From contig JBQLZK010000014.1 of assembly GCA_052168235.1 (NCBI GenBank), positions 32,001-96,000 on the forward strand: DNA of 64,000 nucleotides. The letters run 5' to 3'. Position numbers and translations under genes: made by a program. Positions 20,527 through 30,253 of the stretch are shown here, one piece after another. The stretch comes from Thainema sp. (lineage in GTDB: Bacteria; Cyanobacteriota; Cyanobacteriia; Phormidesmidales; Phormidesmidaceae). The notes below the pieces were generated by a model. The model was not told the DNA's origin. It did not search any database and saw only the letters and a program-made list of their open reading frames with translations. Each line of letters opens with the position of its first letter. Positions within the stretch are counted from its first letter, which is position 1.

Positions 20527-22245
20527 ATGCCTCAGAAAATTGTAGGAACCTTCGGCAACGATTATATTGATGCAATTGGTGATGGTAATCTAGACAACCT
20601 TATTTATGCTCTAGATGGCGACGACACCGTTTTAGCGTGGGATGGAGACGACTATATCAATGGTGGCAACGGTAATGATGAACTCTACGGTGAAGCGGGC
20701 GACGACATCATTGATGGTTGGAATGGAGACGACTACATTAGCGGTGGCAGCGGCAGCGATACGCTGTATGGCTACTACGGCAATGATGAAATTTATGGCG
20801 GCAGTGAGGATGATGACCTCTATGGCGAAGCCGGTAATGACTATCTAGACGGTGGTTTGGGTGCTGACTACATGGGTGGTGGTGCCGGTGACGATACGTA
20901 TGTCGTTGATGATGCAGGTGACACCGTATTCGAAGGTTCTGCTTTGGGTGGTACTGATACGGTTGAATCTTCGATTGACTATACCCTAGGCGACTACGTA
21001 GAAAATCTCACCCTTACAGGTTCTGCCTACTCTGGTGCCGGGAACCAACTGGATAACGTCATTGAAGGTAATGATTACGCCAACAGCCTTTTTGGCGATG
21101 ACGGCAACGACACAATCTATGGCAACGATGGCGATGACTATATTGATGGCTGGACTGGAGACGATAGCCTCTATGGTGGCGCTGGCGCTGACGAAATTCT
21201 AGGGTACGACGGTGACGACTACATCAATGGTGGCATCGGCAGTGATGCTCTGTATGGTGAAGCGGGTAATGACACGATTGATGGCTGGTATGGCGACGAC
21301 TATATCAGCGGTGGTGGCGGTAACGACGTTCTCTATGGCTACTATGGCGACGATGAAATTTACGGTGATAGCGGCAGCGATGATCTTTATGGTGAAGCCG
21401 GTAATGATTATCTAGATGGTGGTTTGGGTGCCGACTATATGAGTGGTGGTGCCGATAATGATACCTATGTTGTTGACAATGTGGGTGACACCGTATTCGA
21501 AGGTTCTGCTTTGGGTGGTACTGATACGGTTGAATCTTCGATTGACTATACCCTAGGCGACTATGTAGAAAATCTTACCCTCACAGGTTCTGCCTACTCT
21601 GGTGATGGCAATGAACTAGATAACATCATTGAGGGGAATGATTACGCCAACAGCCTCTTTGGCGATGACGGCAACGACACGATCTATGGCAACGATGGCG
21701 ATGACTATATCGATGGCTGGTATGGCGATGATAGCCTTTATGGTGGCATCGGCGCTGACAACATTCTGGGGTATTTCGGTAACGACAATCTCTATGGCGG
21801 ATACGGTAGTGATGACCTCTATGGTGAGGCGGGTGATGACTATCTCGGTGGAGGAAACGGCAGCGATAACCTCTATGGTGGTTCTGGTTCTGACGAATTA
21901 GTGGGAGGAGCCGATGACGATGTTTTGACAGGTTATGGCTTTACCGAAAATGAGTACGACTCTATGACCGGAGGAGCCGGAGCCGATACGTTTGTCATTG
22001 GTGATGCTTTTGGTGCTTACTACCAAGATTCAAGCTACGAGTATGGGTTTGCGACCATTGAGGACTTCAACTACCTAGAAGGCGATAAAATTCAGGTTTA
22101 TGGTTCGCACAGCGACTACACTGTTACTGATGTTGGTAGCGATGCATATATCTACCACAATTCCAATTCGTCTGATTTAGTCGCAGTTGTGGTTGGTGGT
22201 GCTGGAGCTAGCTTGATTCCTGCCATCGATTTCGTAACGGCTTAG
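20527..22245 (+). CDS. RTX calcium-binding repeat protein, paralog of 18729-19874, with an internal 567-bp-period duplication
   Basis: GGxGxD repeats; near-identical blocks starting at 20921 and 21488; C-terminus nearly identical to paralog 1. Confidence 0.93.
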   Translation: MPQKIVGTFGNDYIDAIGDGNLDNLIYALDGDDTVLAWDGDDYINGGNGNDELYGEAGDDIIDGWNGDDYISGGSGSDTLYGYYGNDEIYGGSEDDDLYGEAGNDYLDGGLGADYMGGGAGDDTYVVDDAGDTVFEGSALGGTDTVESSIDYTLGDYVENLTLTGSAYSGAGNQLDNVIEGNDYANSLFGDDGNDTIYGNDGDDYIDGWTGDDSLYGGAGADEILGYDGDDYINGGIGSDALYGEAGNDTIDGWYGDDYISGGGGNDVLYGYYGDDEIYGDSGSDDLYGEAGNDYLDGGLGADYMSGGADNDTYVVDNVGDTVFEGSALGGTDTVESSIDYTLGDYVENLTLTGSAYSGDGNELDNIIEGNDYANSLFGDDGNDTIYGNDGDDYIDGWYGDDSLYGGIGADNILGYFGNDNLYGGYGSDDLYGEAGDDYLGGGNGSDNLYGGSGSDELVGGADDDVLTGYGFTENEYDSMTGGAGADTFVIGDAFGAYYQDSSYEYGFATIEDFNYLEGDKIQVYGSHSDYTVTDVGSDAYIYHNSNSSDLVAVVVGGAGASLIPAIDFVTA

Positions 22246-22265
22246 GACTTTCAATCTTATTGAAA

Positions 22266-22320
22266 AACCCTTAAAGAGACTGGGCCACCGCATTGCGGTG
22301 GCCCAGTCTCTTTAAGGGTT
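22266..22320. repeat. Long perfect palindrome (hairpin element or terminator) after RTX gene 2
   Basis: AACCCTTAAAGAGACTGGGCCACCGCA-T-TGCGGTGGCCCAGTCTCTTTAAGGGTT. Confidence 0.85.
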
Positions 22321-22507
22321 CAGACAAAAATACCCACGCCCTGCCCATGTGCAGGTGGTGCGATCGCAGTTTTGCGTTTTGATGTCGAACGCTAACAATT
22401 TAGTCATCTGTCGTAACTCGGTGTCGTAATCAGTAATGTGAGATACAGGGCAGAAAGCGGAACTCCGCCTTAATATCAATAGAGATAACGTAATCTAGTG
22501 GGTTAAT

Positions 22508-23989
22508 GTGCCTGACACGCTTTCTGGACGGTTAGATGCGACCCGTCTGTTATTTGATTTACAGCAAGCCAATGCGATCTCAGAACAATTTTCTGGCTGC
22601 CTACAACCGGATCAGATCGCTGCCACGGTGACAGCAGAATTAGTGAAGCGCTTTGATTGTGCTTTTGCGCGGCTGTGGCTGGTAGAACCTGACGGGGCAT
22701 CGCTGCGACTGGTGGCGTCGGCGGGACTTTACACTCACATCGATGGCTCCTTTGCCCGCGTGCCGATGGGAGCGTACAAGGTTGGCAAAATTGCTCAGAA
22801 TCGGGTGCCGTTTTTAAGCAATCATCTAGCTGAAGAATCCTGGGTAAAAGACCGCAACTGGGCACTGGAGCAAAAGATTCAGGGATTTGCTGGCTATCCC
22901 CTGGCTATTCAGGATCGGGTAATCGGAGTCTTGGCTACCTTTAGTCATCAACCGATGGCATCGGAATTTCTAGAAGTGCTGCAAACGCTGTGTACTACTG
23001 TCACTGTTGCTCTCGATACGGCACTGCAGCATCAGCAGCACACGAGTCTGGTTATTCCGACCCAAAATCCGCTTCATCATCCCTTGTCCGATCTGTTGGC
23101 AACGGTACTGACGACTACCCGCCTGACGCTAGTGGGTACTGAACGCTCGCTGACACCTGCCATGAGCTACCTCTTTTTACAGGTCACAGAACGTCTAACT
23201 CAGCAAACCTGCCAGTACTGTCGGTTGACCTATGGGGCTGAGACAGTGACGCTAGATGCGATTTTGGCTTGCCCCACTGAGGATTTAGCTGAACTGCAAA
23301 CCTGGAGTGATACGGTGTTTGGTGATTTGCCTTTTGCGATCGCACATTTAGGTGGCAGCTTTCAGATTGATATTGGGGCTCAGCAAAAGGTGGTTCAGGT
23401 GCTGCTGATGGTGCCTTATCCAAGCTGCACAATGGATTGTGCCGTGCGGATTCGCTGTCAGAGTCCGGTTCTTCAATTGGCGCTGACCCACCTTGCCCAT
23501 CAAGCCCAGCTACAGGTAGTCCAGGTCGGTGGCCCGACGGTTCCCCTATTAACCGATGATGTGACGCTACTGAACTCCTCCCAACCGATCCTGTGGCTGG
23601 ATAACAGTACAGCGCCGATTCCGGATCGGGTGGCAGGCTGCGTCCATTTAAACGTGCAGCCCGCGCAGTTGCGTGCAGCGGTTGATGCGCTGGTGCGGGG
23701 GGAAACCGTGCCGCCGCTGGGTGGAGAGAGCAGTCTGCTGTCAGACCGGGAGCAGGAAGTGCTGAACCTGTTGGCCCAGGGATACCGCGATCGCGATATT
23801 GCCCAAACGCTTCACATTAGCGAAAGCACGGTCAAGTTTCACCTCAACAATACGCTGACCAAGCTGAATGCCCGCAATCGCTATCAGGCTGTTTATCAAG
23901 CGACAATCAACGGCTGGATTCGGCCTGAATGTTTTCCGCCAGCCAGTCCATCTAGTCCATCCAGTTCATCTCATCCATCCGTTGTCTAA
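22508..23989 (+). CDS. GAF-domain LuxR-family transcriptional regulator
   Basis: N-terminal GAF; C-terminal LSDREQEVL..IAQTLHISESTVKFHL HTH. Confidence 0.9.
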   Translation: MPDTLSGRLDATRLLFDLQQANAISEQFSGCLQPDQIAATVTAELVKRFDCAFARLWLVEPDGASLRLVASAGLYTHIDGSFARVPMGAYKVGKIAQNRVPFLSNHLAEESWVKDRNWALEQKIQGFAGYPLAIQDRVIGVLATFSHQPMASEFLEVLQTLCTTVTVALDTALQHQQHTSLVIPTQNPLHHPLSDLLATVLTTTRLTLVGTERSLTPAMSYLFLQVTERLTQQTCQYCRLTYGAETVTLDAILACPTEDLAELQTWSDTVFGDLPFAIAHLGGSFQIDIGAQQKVVQVLLMVPYPSCTMDCAVRIRCQSPVLQLALTHLAHQAQLQVVQVGGPTVPLLTDDVTLLNSSQPILWLDNSTAPIPDRVAGCVHLNVQPAQLRAAVDALVRGETVPPLGGESSLLSDREQEVLNLLAQGYRDRDIAQTLHISESTVKFHLNNTLTKLNARNRYQAVYQATINGWIRPECFPPASPSSPSSSSHPSVV

Positions 23990-24006
23990 CGCTGCTGCTG
24001 CATTCC

Positions 24007-24100
24007 TTAGACTTTATCGGAAATTGTTTTGTAGCGCGGCTTTGCCGCGCTACAAAACAATTTCCAACCCCAAAAACTTTATTGCCAATAAAGTCTATTG
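24007..24100 (+). mobile_element. MITE family A (ends TAGACTTTAT...ATAAAGTCTA) with a central hairpin
   Basis: 92/94 identical to the reverse complement of 28454-28547. Confidence 0.85.
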
Positions 24101-24203
24101 CAGATATAGACCATCGCGCTCCTGATTTTCTATTTGGCCTTAAGCCGATCGCGGCGACAGCCTCTCCTCTTCGGGGTTTCGATTGGCCAAATGCTCGTTA
24201 TCA

Positions 24204-24244
24204 GGGATTGCTGATTTCAATTAATACCCAAATTAAGCAACGCT
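24204..24244 (+). mobile_element. MITE family B, minimal 41-bp hairpin-less copy with 8-bp TSD CGTTATCA
   Basis: GGGATTGCTGATTT...AATTAAGCAACGCT flanked by CGTTATCA at 24196-24203 and 24245-24252. Confidence 0.8.
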
Positions 24245-24567
24245 CGTTATCAGGCATCAATCTTTGCAAAACGAATAAATTTTAGTAGAAAGCCTGGGAT
24301 AAACATCTATATATGGCAAATTACCTATATATTGCTAGATGATGCGAACTAATCACTTGCATAGTAGCGCTGCACAGCAATAGCAACAGCGATCCAACGC
24401 TGTATTCCGTGCAAGTTAGAGATTGCAGTACCATAGCATCGCCTTGAGGTTAAGACGTTTGGGTTAACGTTTCTTTCATCATTTGCAGATTCGCAACGCT
24501 CAATATTCATGTTCTAACCCAGGGATGATTGCTATAACGGCAAATGTGGTGTGACGAACTTGAGAGT

Positions 24568-25560
24568 ATGACACATAATATTCAGCAAGCAGTCGATGAA
24601 TCGACTGTAGAGCAGCCTATTCAAGCCGTTCCTCGGCTTGATGCTCAAAACACAACGGCTGATCAAACAACGGCGGAACTGTTTTTTCAGCACTATCAAA
24701 AGCCGGGAAAACCAGTGGTTTTGACCGGATTCTTGGCTGATTGTTCGGCCTGGAACCTTAATTTTCTAGAGCAACAGTTAGGTGATCTGGTATTCCCGGT
24801 ACGGCGCTATGGTCAGGAACGCTATCAGCAAGATAAGCGGCAGTGGAAAACGGCAGGTAGCGGTGTAGAAGCCGTTCAGATTTCGTTTCGGCGGTATCTT
24901 GAACAGTTGCGCAATGGTGAGGCGGCGGCTCAAGATTTATACCTGGCTCGCTGTGCGCTGAAAGATACGCCATTAGCTGAACCAGAACTGTTGACCCAAC
25001 CAGAACAGCAATTGAATCTGCGCTGGCCTGCCACGCCGTTGAATTTGTGGTTAGGGTCGGGGGGGCACACCTCCTGCTTGCACTATGACCCAATGGATGG
25101 CACGCTGACGCAGCTCATGGGGGTCAAGCGGGTGATTTTGTTCCCGCCGCATCAGCTCTATAACCTGTATCCCCTGTCCATTTTGAACCACTTGCGCTAC
25201 GGTCTAAAGCTGCGATCGGTCTATAGCCAAGTCTATCCTGATGCCCCTGATCTAAAGGCGTTTCCACGCTTTGCGCGGGCTCAGCAGTATCGCTACGAAA
25301 CGGAACTGCAACCGGGAGAAATTTTGTTCATTCCCTCTGGCTGGTGGCATGAGGTGCAGTCTATCGGCACAGGAGCTGTTTGTTCAACCAATCGGTTTTG
25401 GCATGTTTATCCGCCAGCCCGAGGTGTCCGACTGTGGAGTAAATGGCGAGCGCATTTGGGGGGCGTGTTTGCGCTGCCGCATACGATGCGTCAATGGCTG
25501 GTTGCGATCGCAAGTCCGGATCGTCAGCAAAAACTGCGCCAGTTGTTCCAGCAGCTTTGA
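24568..25560 (+). CDS. JmjC / cupin_8 Fe(II)-2OG oxygenase (ORF open from 24544)
   Basis: NLWLG..GHTSCLHYD, KRVILFPP, GEILFIPSGWWHEV (HxD...H triad). Confidence 0.9.
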   Translation: MTHNIQQAVDESTVEQPIQAVPRLDAQNTTADQTTAELFFQHYQKPGKPVVLTGFLADCSAWNLNFLEQQLGDLVFPVRRYGQERYQQDKRQWKTAGSGVEAVQISFRRYLEQLRNGEAAAQDLYLARCALKDTPLAEPELLTQPEQQLNLRWPATPLNLWLGSGGHTSCLHYDPMDGTLTQLMGVKRVILFPPHQLYNLYPLSILNHLRYGLKLRSVYSQVYPDAPDLKAFPRFARAQQYRYETELQPGEILFIPSGWWHEVQSIGTGAVCSTNRFWHVYPPARGVRLWSKWRAHLGGVFALPHTMRQWLVAIASPDRQQKLRQLFQQL

Positions 25561-25697
25561 GAGGGTTCTAGCCAAAAAGTGAGTCTAGCGGCTCATGAAG
25601 GTGGCAACTTAATTTGGCAAAATGGGCACACTGACATATAGAGTGCATATTCCGCCAGATCAACTGCAACAGTGTACGTGATGGGTAAAGATCGGCT

Positions 25698-27050
25698 ATG
25701 AGTCAGCGTCAAGATGCTTGGTCAGACTTTAAAGAAACCTCGTCTGACTCTCAAATGATGGCTACCGTTGATGCCGAATTGGCGGAAGCGGATGCAGAGA
25801 ATTATCTATCTCTCGATGATTTGATGACAACGGCAGAATTGCCCAGCGATTGGCTGCGGCAAGGCGTTGAATTTGCTAAGTTGGGGGATATCAATCGAGC
25901 GATTCAAACCATCAATCAAGCCATTAAGCTGAAGCCGAACTACTATCCGGCGCTGATGTATCAGGCGATGCTGCTGGGCCAGCAGCAGGACTACGAGACC
26001 ACTGTTCATCTCTGCGACCAAATTCTGGAACTGTGGCCGGATGACGCCAAGGCTTGGTATAACCGGGGCTATGCCCAAATGAAAATGCAGCAGTATGATG
26101 CGGCCATTTCGTCATTTGGGCAGGCGCTGCGGTACCAGGATTCAATGATCAAGGCGTGGTATCAGCAGGGGAAAGCGCTGGAGCGGACTGGGCGCTATGT
26201 GGAAGCGGTAGACAGTCTGGATCATGCGATCGCACGTGACCCGTCCTACTATCGGGCGTGGCGGCTGAAGGGCCTCTGCCTGTGTCGGATGGGTTGTTAC
26301 ACTGCCGCCGTTGAGAGCTTTGACCAGTCGCTTCAGGTATATGGCAACGATGGGCAAACACTGTATCATCGCGGCTATGCTCTGTGGCAACTGCAGCGTA
26401 ACCGCGAAGCGCTAGAAGCCTTTGAACAAGCGATCGCACTTCAGTCTCAGAATGCTGAGCTGTGGTGCTGTCGCGGCACCATCTTGCTCCAGCTGAATGA
26501 GGTCGAAGAAGCGCTCACCAGTTTCAACCAGGCGTTGCTGATCGATTCCAAACACCAGCAGGCGCTCTGTCGGCGGGGCATTGTCTTGCTCAAACAGGGG
26601 CACTGTGCCGATGCGATCGCAAGTTTTGATCAGGCATTGGAACTCCATCCCCACTATGCCCAAGCACTTTACTACAAAGGCAAAGCCCTAGATCAACTAG
26701 GACGGCCAGAGCAGGCGATTACTTACTATAAACGGGCGCTGAATATCCATGCCTATAGCCATAAGGTCTGGATTTCAACCGGAATCGCGCTTCAGCGGAT
26801 GCAGCGACTGGATGATGCGATCGCAAGTTTCAACAAATCCCTGGCCATTAAACCGGATGATCCCACAGCCTTCTATGCCCTCGCTCAGTGCTACGCGCTG
26901 CAAAATCAAACTGATCTAGCGCTGGATAACCTACAAAAAGCAATTCAGATCAATCCGGATTACTATCTACTAGAGGCCAGCCAAGAAACCAGTTTTGAGC
27001 GCTTCTATGCCGAACCGCGATTTCGCCGCCTCGTCATGGGCGTGGAATAA
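25698..27050 (+). CDS. Tetratricopeptide repeat protein
   Basis: About 11 TPR repeats (AWYNRG...AISSF..AL). Confidence 0.92.
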   Translation: MSQRQDAWSDFKETSSDSQMMATVDAELAEADAENYLSLDDLMTTAELPSDWLRQGVEFAKLGDINRAIQTINQAIKLKPNYYPALMYQAMLLGQQQDYETTVHLCDQILELWPDDAKAWYNRGYAQMKMQQYDAAISSFGQALRYQDSMIKAWYQQGKALERTGRYVEAVDSLDHAIARDPSYYRAWRLKGLCLCRMGCYTAAVESFDQSLQVYGNDGQTLYHRGYALWQLQRNREALEAFEQAIALQSQNAELWCCRGTILLQLNEVEEALTSFNQALLIDSKHQQALCRRGIVLLKQGHCADAIASFDQALELHPHYAQALYYKGKALDQLGRPEQAITYYKRALNIHAYSHKVWISTGIALQRMQRLDDAIASFNKSLAIKPDDPTAFYALAQCYALQNQTDLALDNLQKAIQINPDYYLLEASQETSFERFYAEPRFRRLVMGVE

Positions 27051-27114
27051 TGGCCTTTGGCTTTGCGAATAATAGAGAGAGACGCAGCACTGAATCTCTC
27101 TCTTCCAAAAGTAA

Positions 27115-27999
27115 CTAATACGTTACGCCGCGATAGCGGCGCTTGGGCAGGGGTTGGCCGCTGCTGTCGAGGTCAGGTTCAAACTCGGCGCTCGTCATCT
27201 CAGGCGTTTCTTCGATTTCCGCTGCATCCAGTGTTTTATCGTTAAACGGTGTTTGAGAGAGCGGTGCATGAGATTTGCCGTTGGATTGCCCGTTGGCAAC
27301 TGTGCCATTCTCTAGCAGCACGCTGCGACCGTTGCCATTCGAACCGTGAGAAGACCCGTTACCGTTAATGCTCTTGCCATTTAGGCCATGACCGTTGGTT
27401 ACGGCATACGCTGAGGCCAGTTCAGTTGCCGCATCAAACTGAGTTGACGAACGATAGTTGGCAACGTGTGACTCTGTTTGATCTGCGTCGGCGCTGCGCT
27501 GAGTCTGCTTAGCTGCTTTCCGCGATTCAATTTGTCGCTTGATGCTAAATAAAACCGATACCAAGGCTCCATTTTCAATAGGGTCTGGGCTAATGGCCTG
27601 AAGCACAGCTTTCACGCCGTGGGTGACGCTGGTGACCAGTGAATCAGGCTCAAACGCAGGCAGATAATCAGCCGCGCCCTGATGCAAGGCCCATTGGCGC
27701 TCCGACGGATGAATTTCACTGCGAGCCGTATTGGTGAGGATGACTTGCATTTCCGAATAGCGATCGCGGCATAGGCGGCAAAACGCATAAGGATTAAATC
27801 CCTCAATGCCAACATCGACGAGAATGGCATCTGGTAAAGCCAAACCAGCCTGCTTGAGCTGCCGTACATTATCGATGAAGTCAACCTGTGGTGACTCCCA
27901 AATTACCGATATCCCTTGAGACTTAAGTACTGCTTGCCAAATCAGACCCTGAAGTTTTACGGGCTGAATCATCAGTACGAGTTTTTGTGAGTCAGTCAT
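27115..27999 (-). CDS. Response-regulator receiver-domain protein with a disordered tail ending RRYRGVTY
   Basis: PDAILVD, QWALHQGAADYL receiver-like motifs. Confidence 0.75.
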   Translation of the reverse strand: MTDSQKLVLMIQPVKLQGLIWQAVLKSQGISVIWESPQVDFIDNVRQLKQAGLALPDAILVDVGIEGFNPYAFCRLCRDRYSEMQVILTNTARSEIHPSERQWALHQGAADYLPAFEPDSLVTSVTHGVKAVLQAISPDPIENGALVSVLFSIKRQIESRKAAKQTQRSADADQTESHVANYRSSTQFDAATELASAYAVTNGHGLNGKSINGNGSSHGSNGNGRSVLLENGTVANGQSNGKSHAPLSQTPFNDKTLDAAEIEETPEMTSAEFEPDLDSSGQPLPKRRYRGVTY

Positions 28000-28212
28000 C
28001 TCATTCCGACTGGGGTTCCAGGCTAACTTCTCAGCATTCAGGGCAAATCGTATACGATCGAACAGTTCGAGACCGTGTCTTAAGTTACCTGATCATGTGT
28101 TTTCAGCTAACTTCATCAACTTTTCAATAATTTTTCAATCTCTTTTCTCATCAGTATCGCATGTGATCTGACCGAAATTTGCGCTGTGAATTCTCTACGA
28201 AATCAATCTGAA

Positions 28213-28301
28213 TATAGCTCTACTGAATAGCTAGTAGAACCGAGTTGATTATGAGCAGGCCAACGGGACGGTCTGTTCATAATCAACTTAAGATTGCTGC
28301 A
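28213..28301 (+). mobile_element. MITE family C (TAYAGC...GATTGCTGYA) with a central hairpin
   Basis: Homologous to 36959-37051. Confidence 0.7.
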
Positions 28302-28304
28302 TCG

Positions 28305-28385
28305 GGCGTTGCTCAATCTGGGTCTGAATTGTGATGTGGGGGCACTGCCCCCACATCACAATTCAGACTTAAAATCGGCAATCCC
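28305..28385 (-). mobile_element. MITE family B, full-length copy (reverse orientation)
   Basis: Close to the reverse complement of 54471-54551 and 34392-34472. Confidence 0.85.
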
Positions 28386-28453
28386 CTGTGATGGGCCGGA
28401 ATAGTGTGGTTGAAGTTGAGCTTTATTGAAACAAGTTGATTTTCTGAATTGAT

Positions 28454-28547
28454 CAATAGACTTTATTGGAAATAAAGTTTTTGGGGTTGGAAATTGTTTT
28501 GTAGCGCGGCGAAGCCGCGCTACAAAACAATTTCCGATAAAGTCTAA
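28454..28547 (-). mobile_element. MITE family A, inverted copy
   Basis: Reverse complement of 24007-24100. Confidence 0.85.
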
Positions 28548-28654
28548 TATCGATTGATCAATCGACACAAGTTTTAAATGCTTGGAAATAAAAAACGTGT
28601 AATAAATTGGCTTCTGATACAGAGACTTGATATTGGTCAATCGATTCAATTGAC

Positions 28655-29557
28655 CTATGGAAGATAAGGTGTCGCGAGTCCCACGACGTAAGCAGGATAT
28701 TCTAAATGCGGCAAAACGCCAGTATTAGGAATAGTATGAAATCCTTTGATTGCGTGTGGATTCAGTTTAGCGAGCCGCTCACCGATACTTGGGCGGTTGA
28801 ACTTGGCCTGTTCTCCCCAAATCATGGCGGTTGGCACCGAAAGCTGGCTGATATAGCGCGATAGGTCGAAGCTTAAATTGCCTTTAAGTGAAGCGAGAGC
28901 CGCATACTGAGCATGGCGCTGACGGGCTGAGGTGACGTAGGCCGCAACCATTTCGGGCGTAATTCTGGACGGCTGGGCAAACAGAAACTGGGCCATAAAG
29001 TTGGAGACAGCCGTTTCATTGGCTGCACCCAAGTTATAAATCAAATCATTCAGCCCTGGAATTTTCGTGAGCTGAGCCGACAGCCCGGCTCCAAAGTTAG
29101 TCCCAAAATCGCTGTAGCCGGATGGGCATACCAGAATCAATTGGGCAAAGTGTTCGGGCTGCTGGACTGCCAAACGTACTGTAATTCCTGCAGTTAAGGA
29201 TGAAGCGAACACCGTGACTGGTCGTCCAATCCACTCCATTAGCTCGCTGAGCATGGTGAAATAGTCTTCTACGGTGTAATCCCGAATCGGATGAGTGGAC
29301 TGTCCCCAACCGATTAGATCGGGTGCAATCACTTGATAATCCGCAGCAAAGGCCGGATAGACTTTTGACCATTCGTAGGCGGACGAGCCACCACCGAGGC
29401 TGTGCAGAAACAGCAGCGGCGGTAAATCAGGTTCGGGCTGCTTGGGATCGCGCCACGGCTGATCCATTGGCGTGTAGTAGGCCATCACACCCAGCGAGGT
29501 TTCACAGACTCGCTGACCAAATCCACTAGGCTGAAATTGCAACATGGGGCGCATCAT
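28655..29557 (-). CDS. Alpha/beta fold hydrolase
   Basis: [34 protein letters not shown]. Confidence 0.9.
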   Translation of the reverse strand: MMRPMLQFQPSGFGQRVCETSLGVMAYYTPMDQPWRDPKQPEPDLPPLLFLHSLGGGSSAYEWSKVYPAFAADYQVIAPDLIGWGQSTHPIRDYTVEDYFTMLSELMEWIGRPVTVFASSLTAGITVRLAVQQPEHFAQLILVCPSGYSDFGTNFGAGLSAQLTKIPGLNDLIYNLGAANETAVSNFMAQFLFAQPSRITPEMVAAYVTSARQRHAQYAALASLKGNLSFDLSRYISQLSVPTAMIWGEQAKFNRPSIGERLAKLNPHAIKGFHTIPNTGVLPHLEYPAYVVGLATPYLP

Positions 29558-29699
29558 TGCTGTACTATCGTCATCATCCTATAGTAGCCATCACCCAGGC
29601 ACTACACAGAGTGGTATTTCGGAGTGGTATTTAGGTCATGATCTTGCGCTGGTGTGCTTGGCGCAACCACAACATGATTACCGTTTGAGGATAACTCCT

Positions 29700-30068
29700 A
29701 TGGAAATTAATCGGCCAGATGTTGTTGCAGAGGTAACTGCTGCCTTTGAGCGCTATGAGAAGGCGCTAGTGAGTAACGATGTGGCCGTGCTGGATGAGCT
29801 GTTTTGGCGGAGTCCCCAAACGATTCGCTATGGAGCGACGGAAAATCTCTATGGGTACGATGCGATCGCAACATTTCGCAGCCAGCGGTTAGCTAAAGGA
29901 TTAGCCCGTATGTTGGTGAATACGGTGATCACGACCTATGGAGCTGACTTTGCCACGGCAAATACTGAATTTCGGCGTCCGGGGCAGTTCGGTCGCCAGA
30001 GCCAAACCTGGATGCGTACTCCAGAGGGGTGGCGAGTGGTCAGTGCCCATGTGTCACTATTGCCGTAG
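29700..30068 (+). CDS. hpxZ: AtzH-like / HpxZ (DUF3225) protein; ATG at 29700
   Basis: [46 protein letters not shown]. Confidence 0.85.
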   Translation: MEINRPDVVAEVTAAFERYEKALVSNDVAVLDELFWRSPQTIRYGATENLYGYDAIATFRSQRLAKGLARMLVNTVITTYGADFATANTEFRRPGQFGRQSQTWMRTPEGWRVVSAHVSLLP

Positions 30069-30094
30069 GTAGCCTGTAAATAAAAGATGTGACT

Positions 30095-30253
30095 ATGACA
30101 CAGCGAACGTGGCAAATTCTCTCTGGCATAGCGTTAGGCGTTGGTTTTGCGTTTTTGATTGGAGCTTTCGCGTCAGAAACAGTGTTTTTGTATGCGATCG
30201 CAGCTGCTGGGTTTGCCTTGGCCGCAATTTTTGCTCGATTAAGAAGACGATGA
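30095..30253 (+). CDS. Small 52-aa two-TM membrane protein (absent from the ORF track)
   Basis: MTQRTWQILSGIALGVGFAFLIGAFASETVFLYAIAAAGFALAAIFARLRRR; co-oriented behind hpxZ. Confidence 0.6.
   Translation: MTQRTWQILSGIALGVGFAFLIGAFASETVFLYAIAAAGFALAAIFARLRRR

Noticed and set aside
20921..21740. DGR template/variable repeat pair inside RTX gene 2
   Set aside because: Both copies are in frame within one gene, the differences are not adenine-specific, and there is no reverse transcriptase
24286..24567. RiPP precursor for the JmjC enzyme
   Set aside because: The ATG-initiated ORFs I checked are very short and lack leader or core character
28356..28649. 97-aa ORF
   Set aside because: It runs through MITE families A and B, so it is likely spurious
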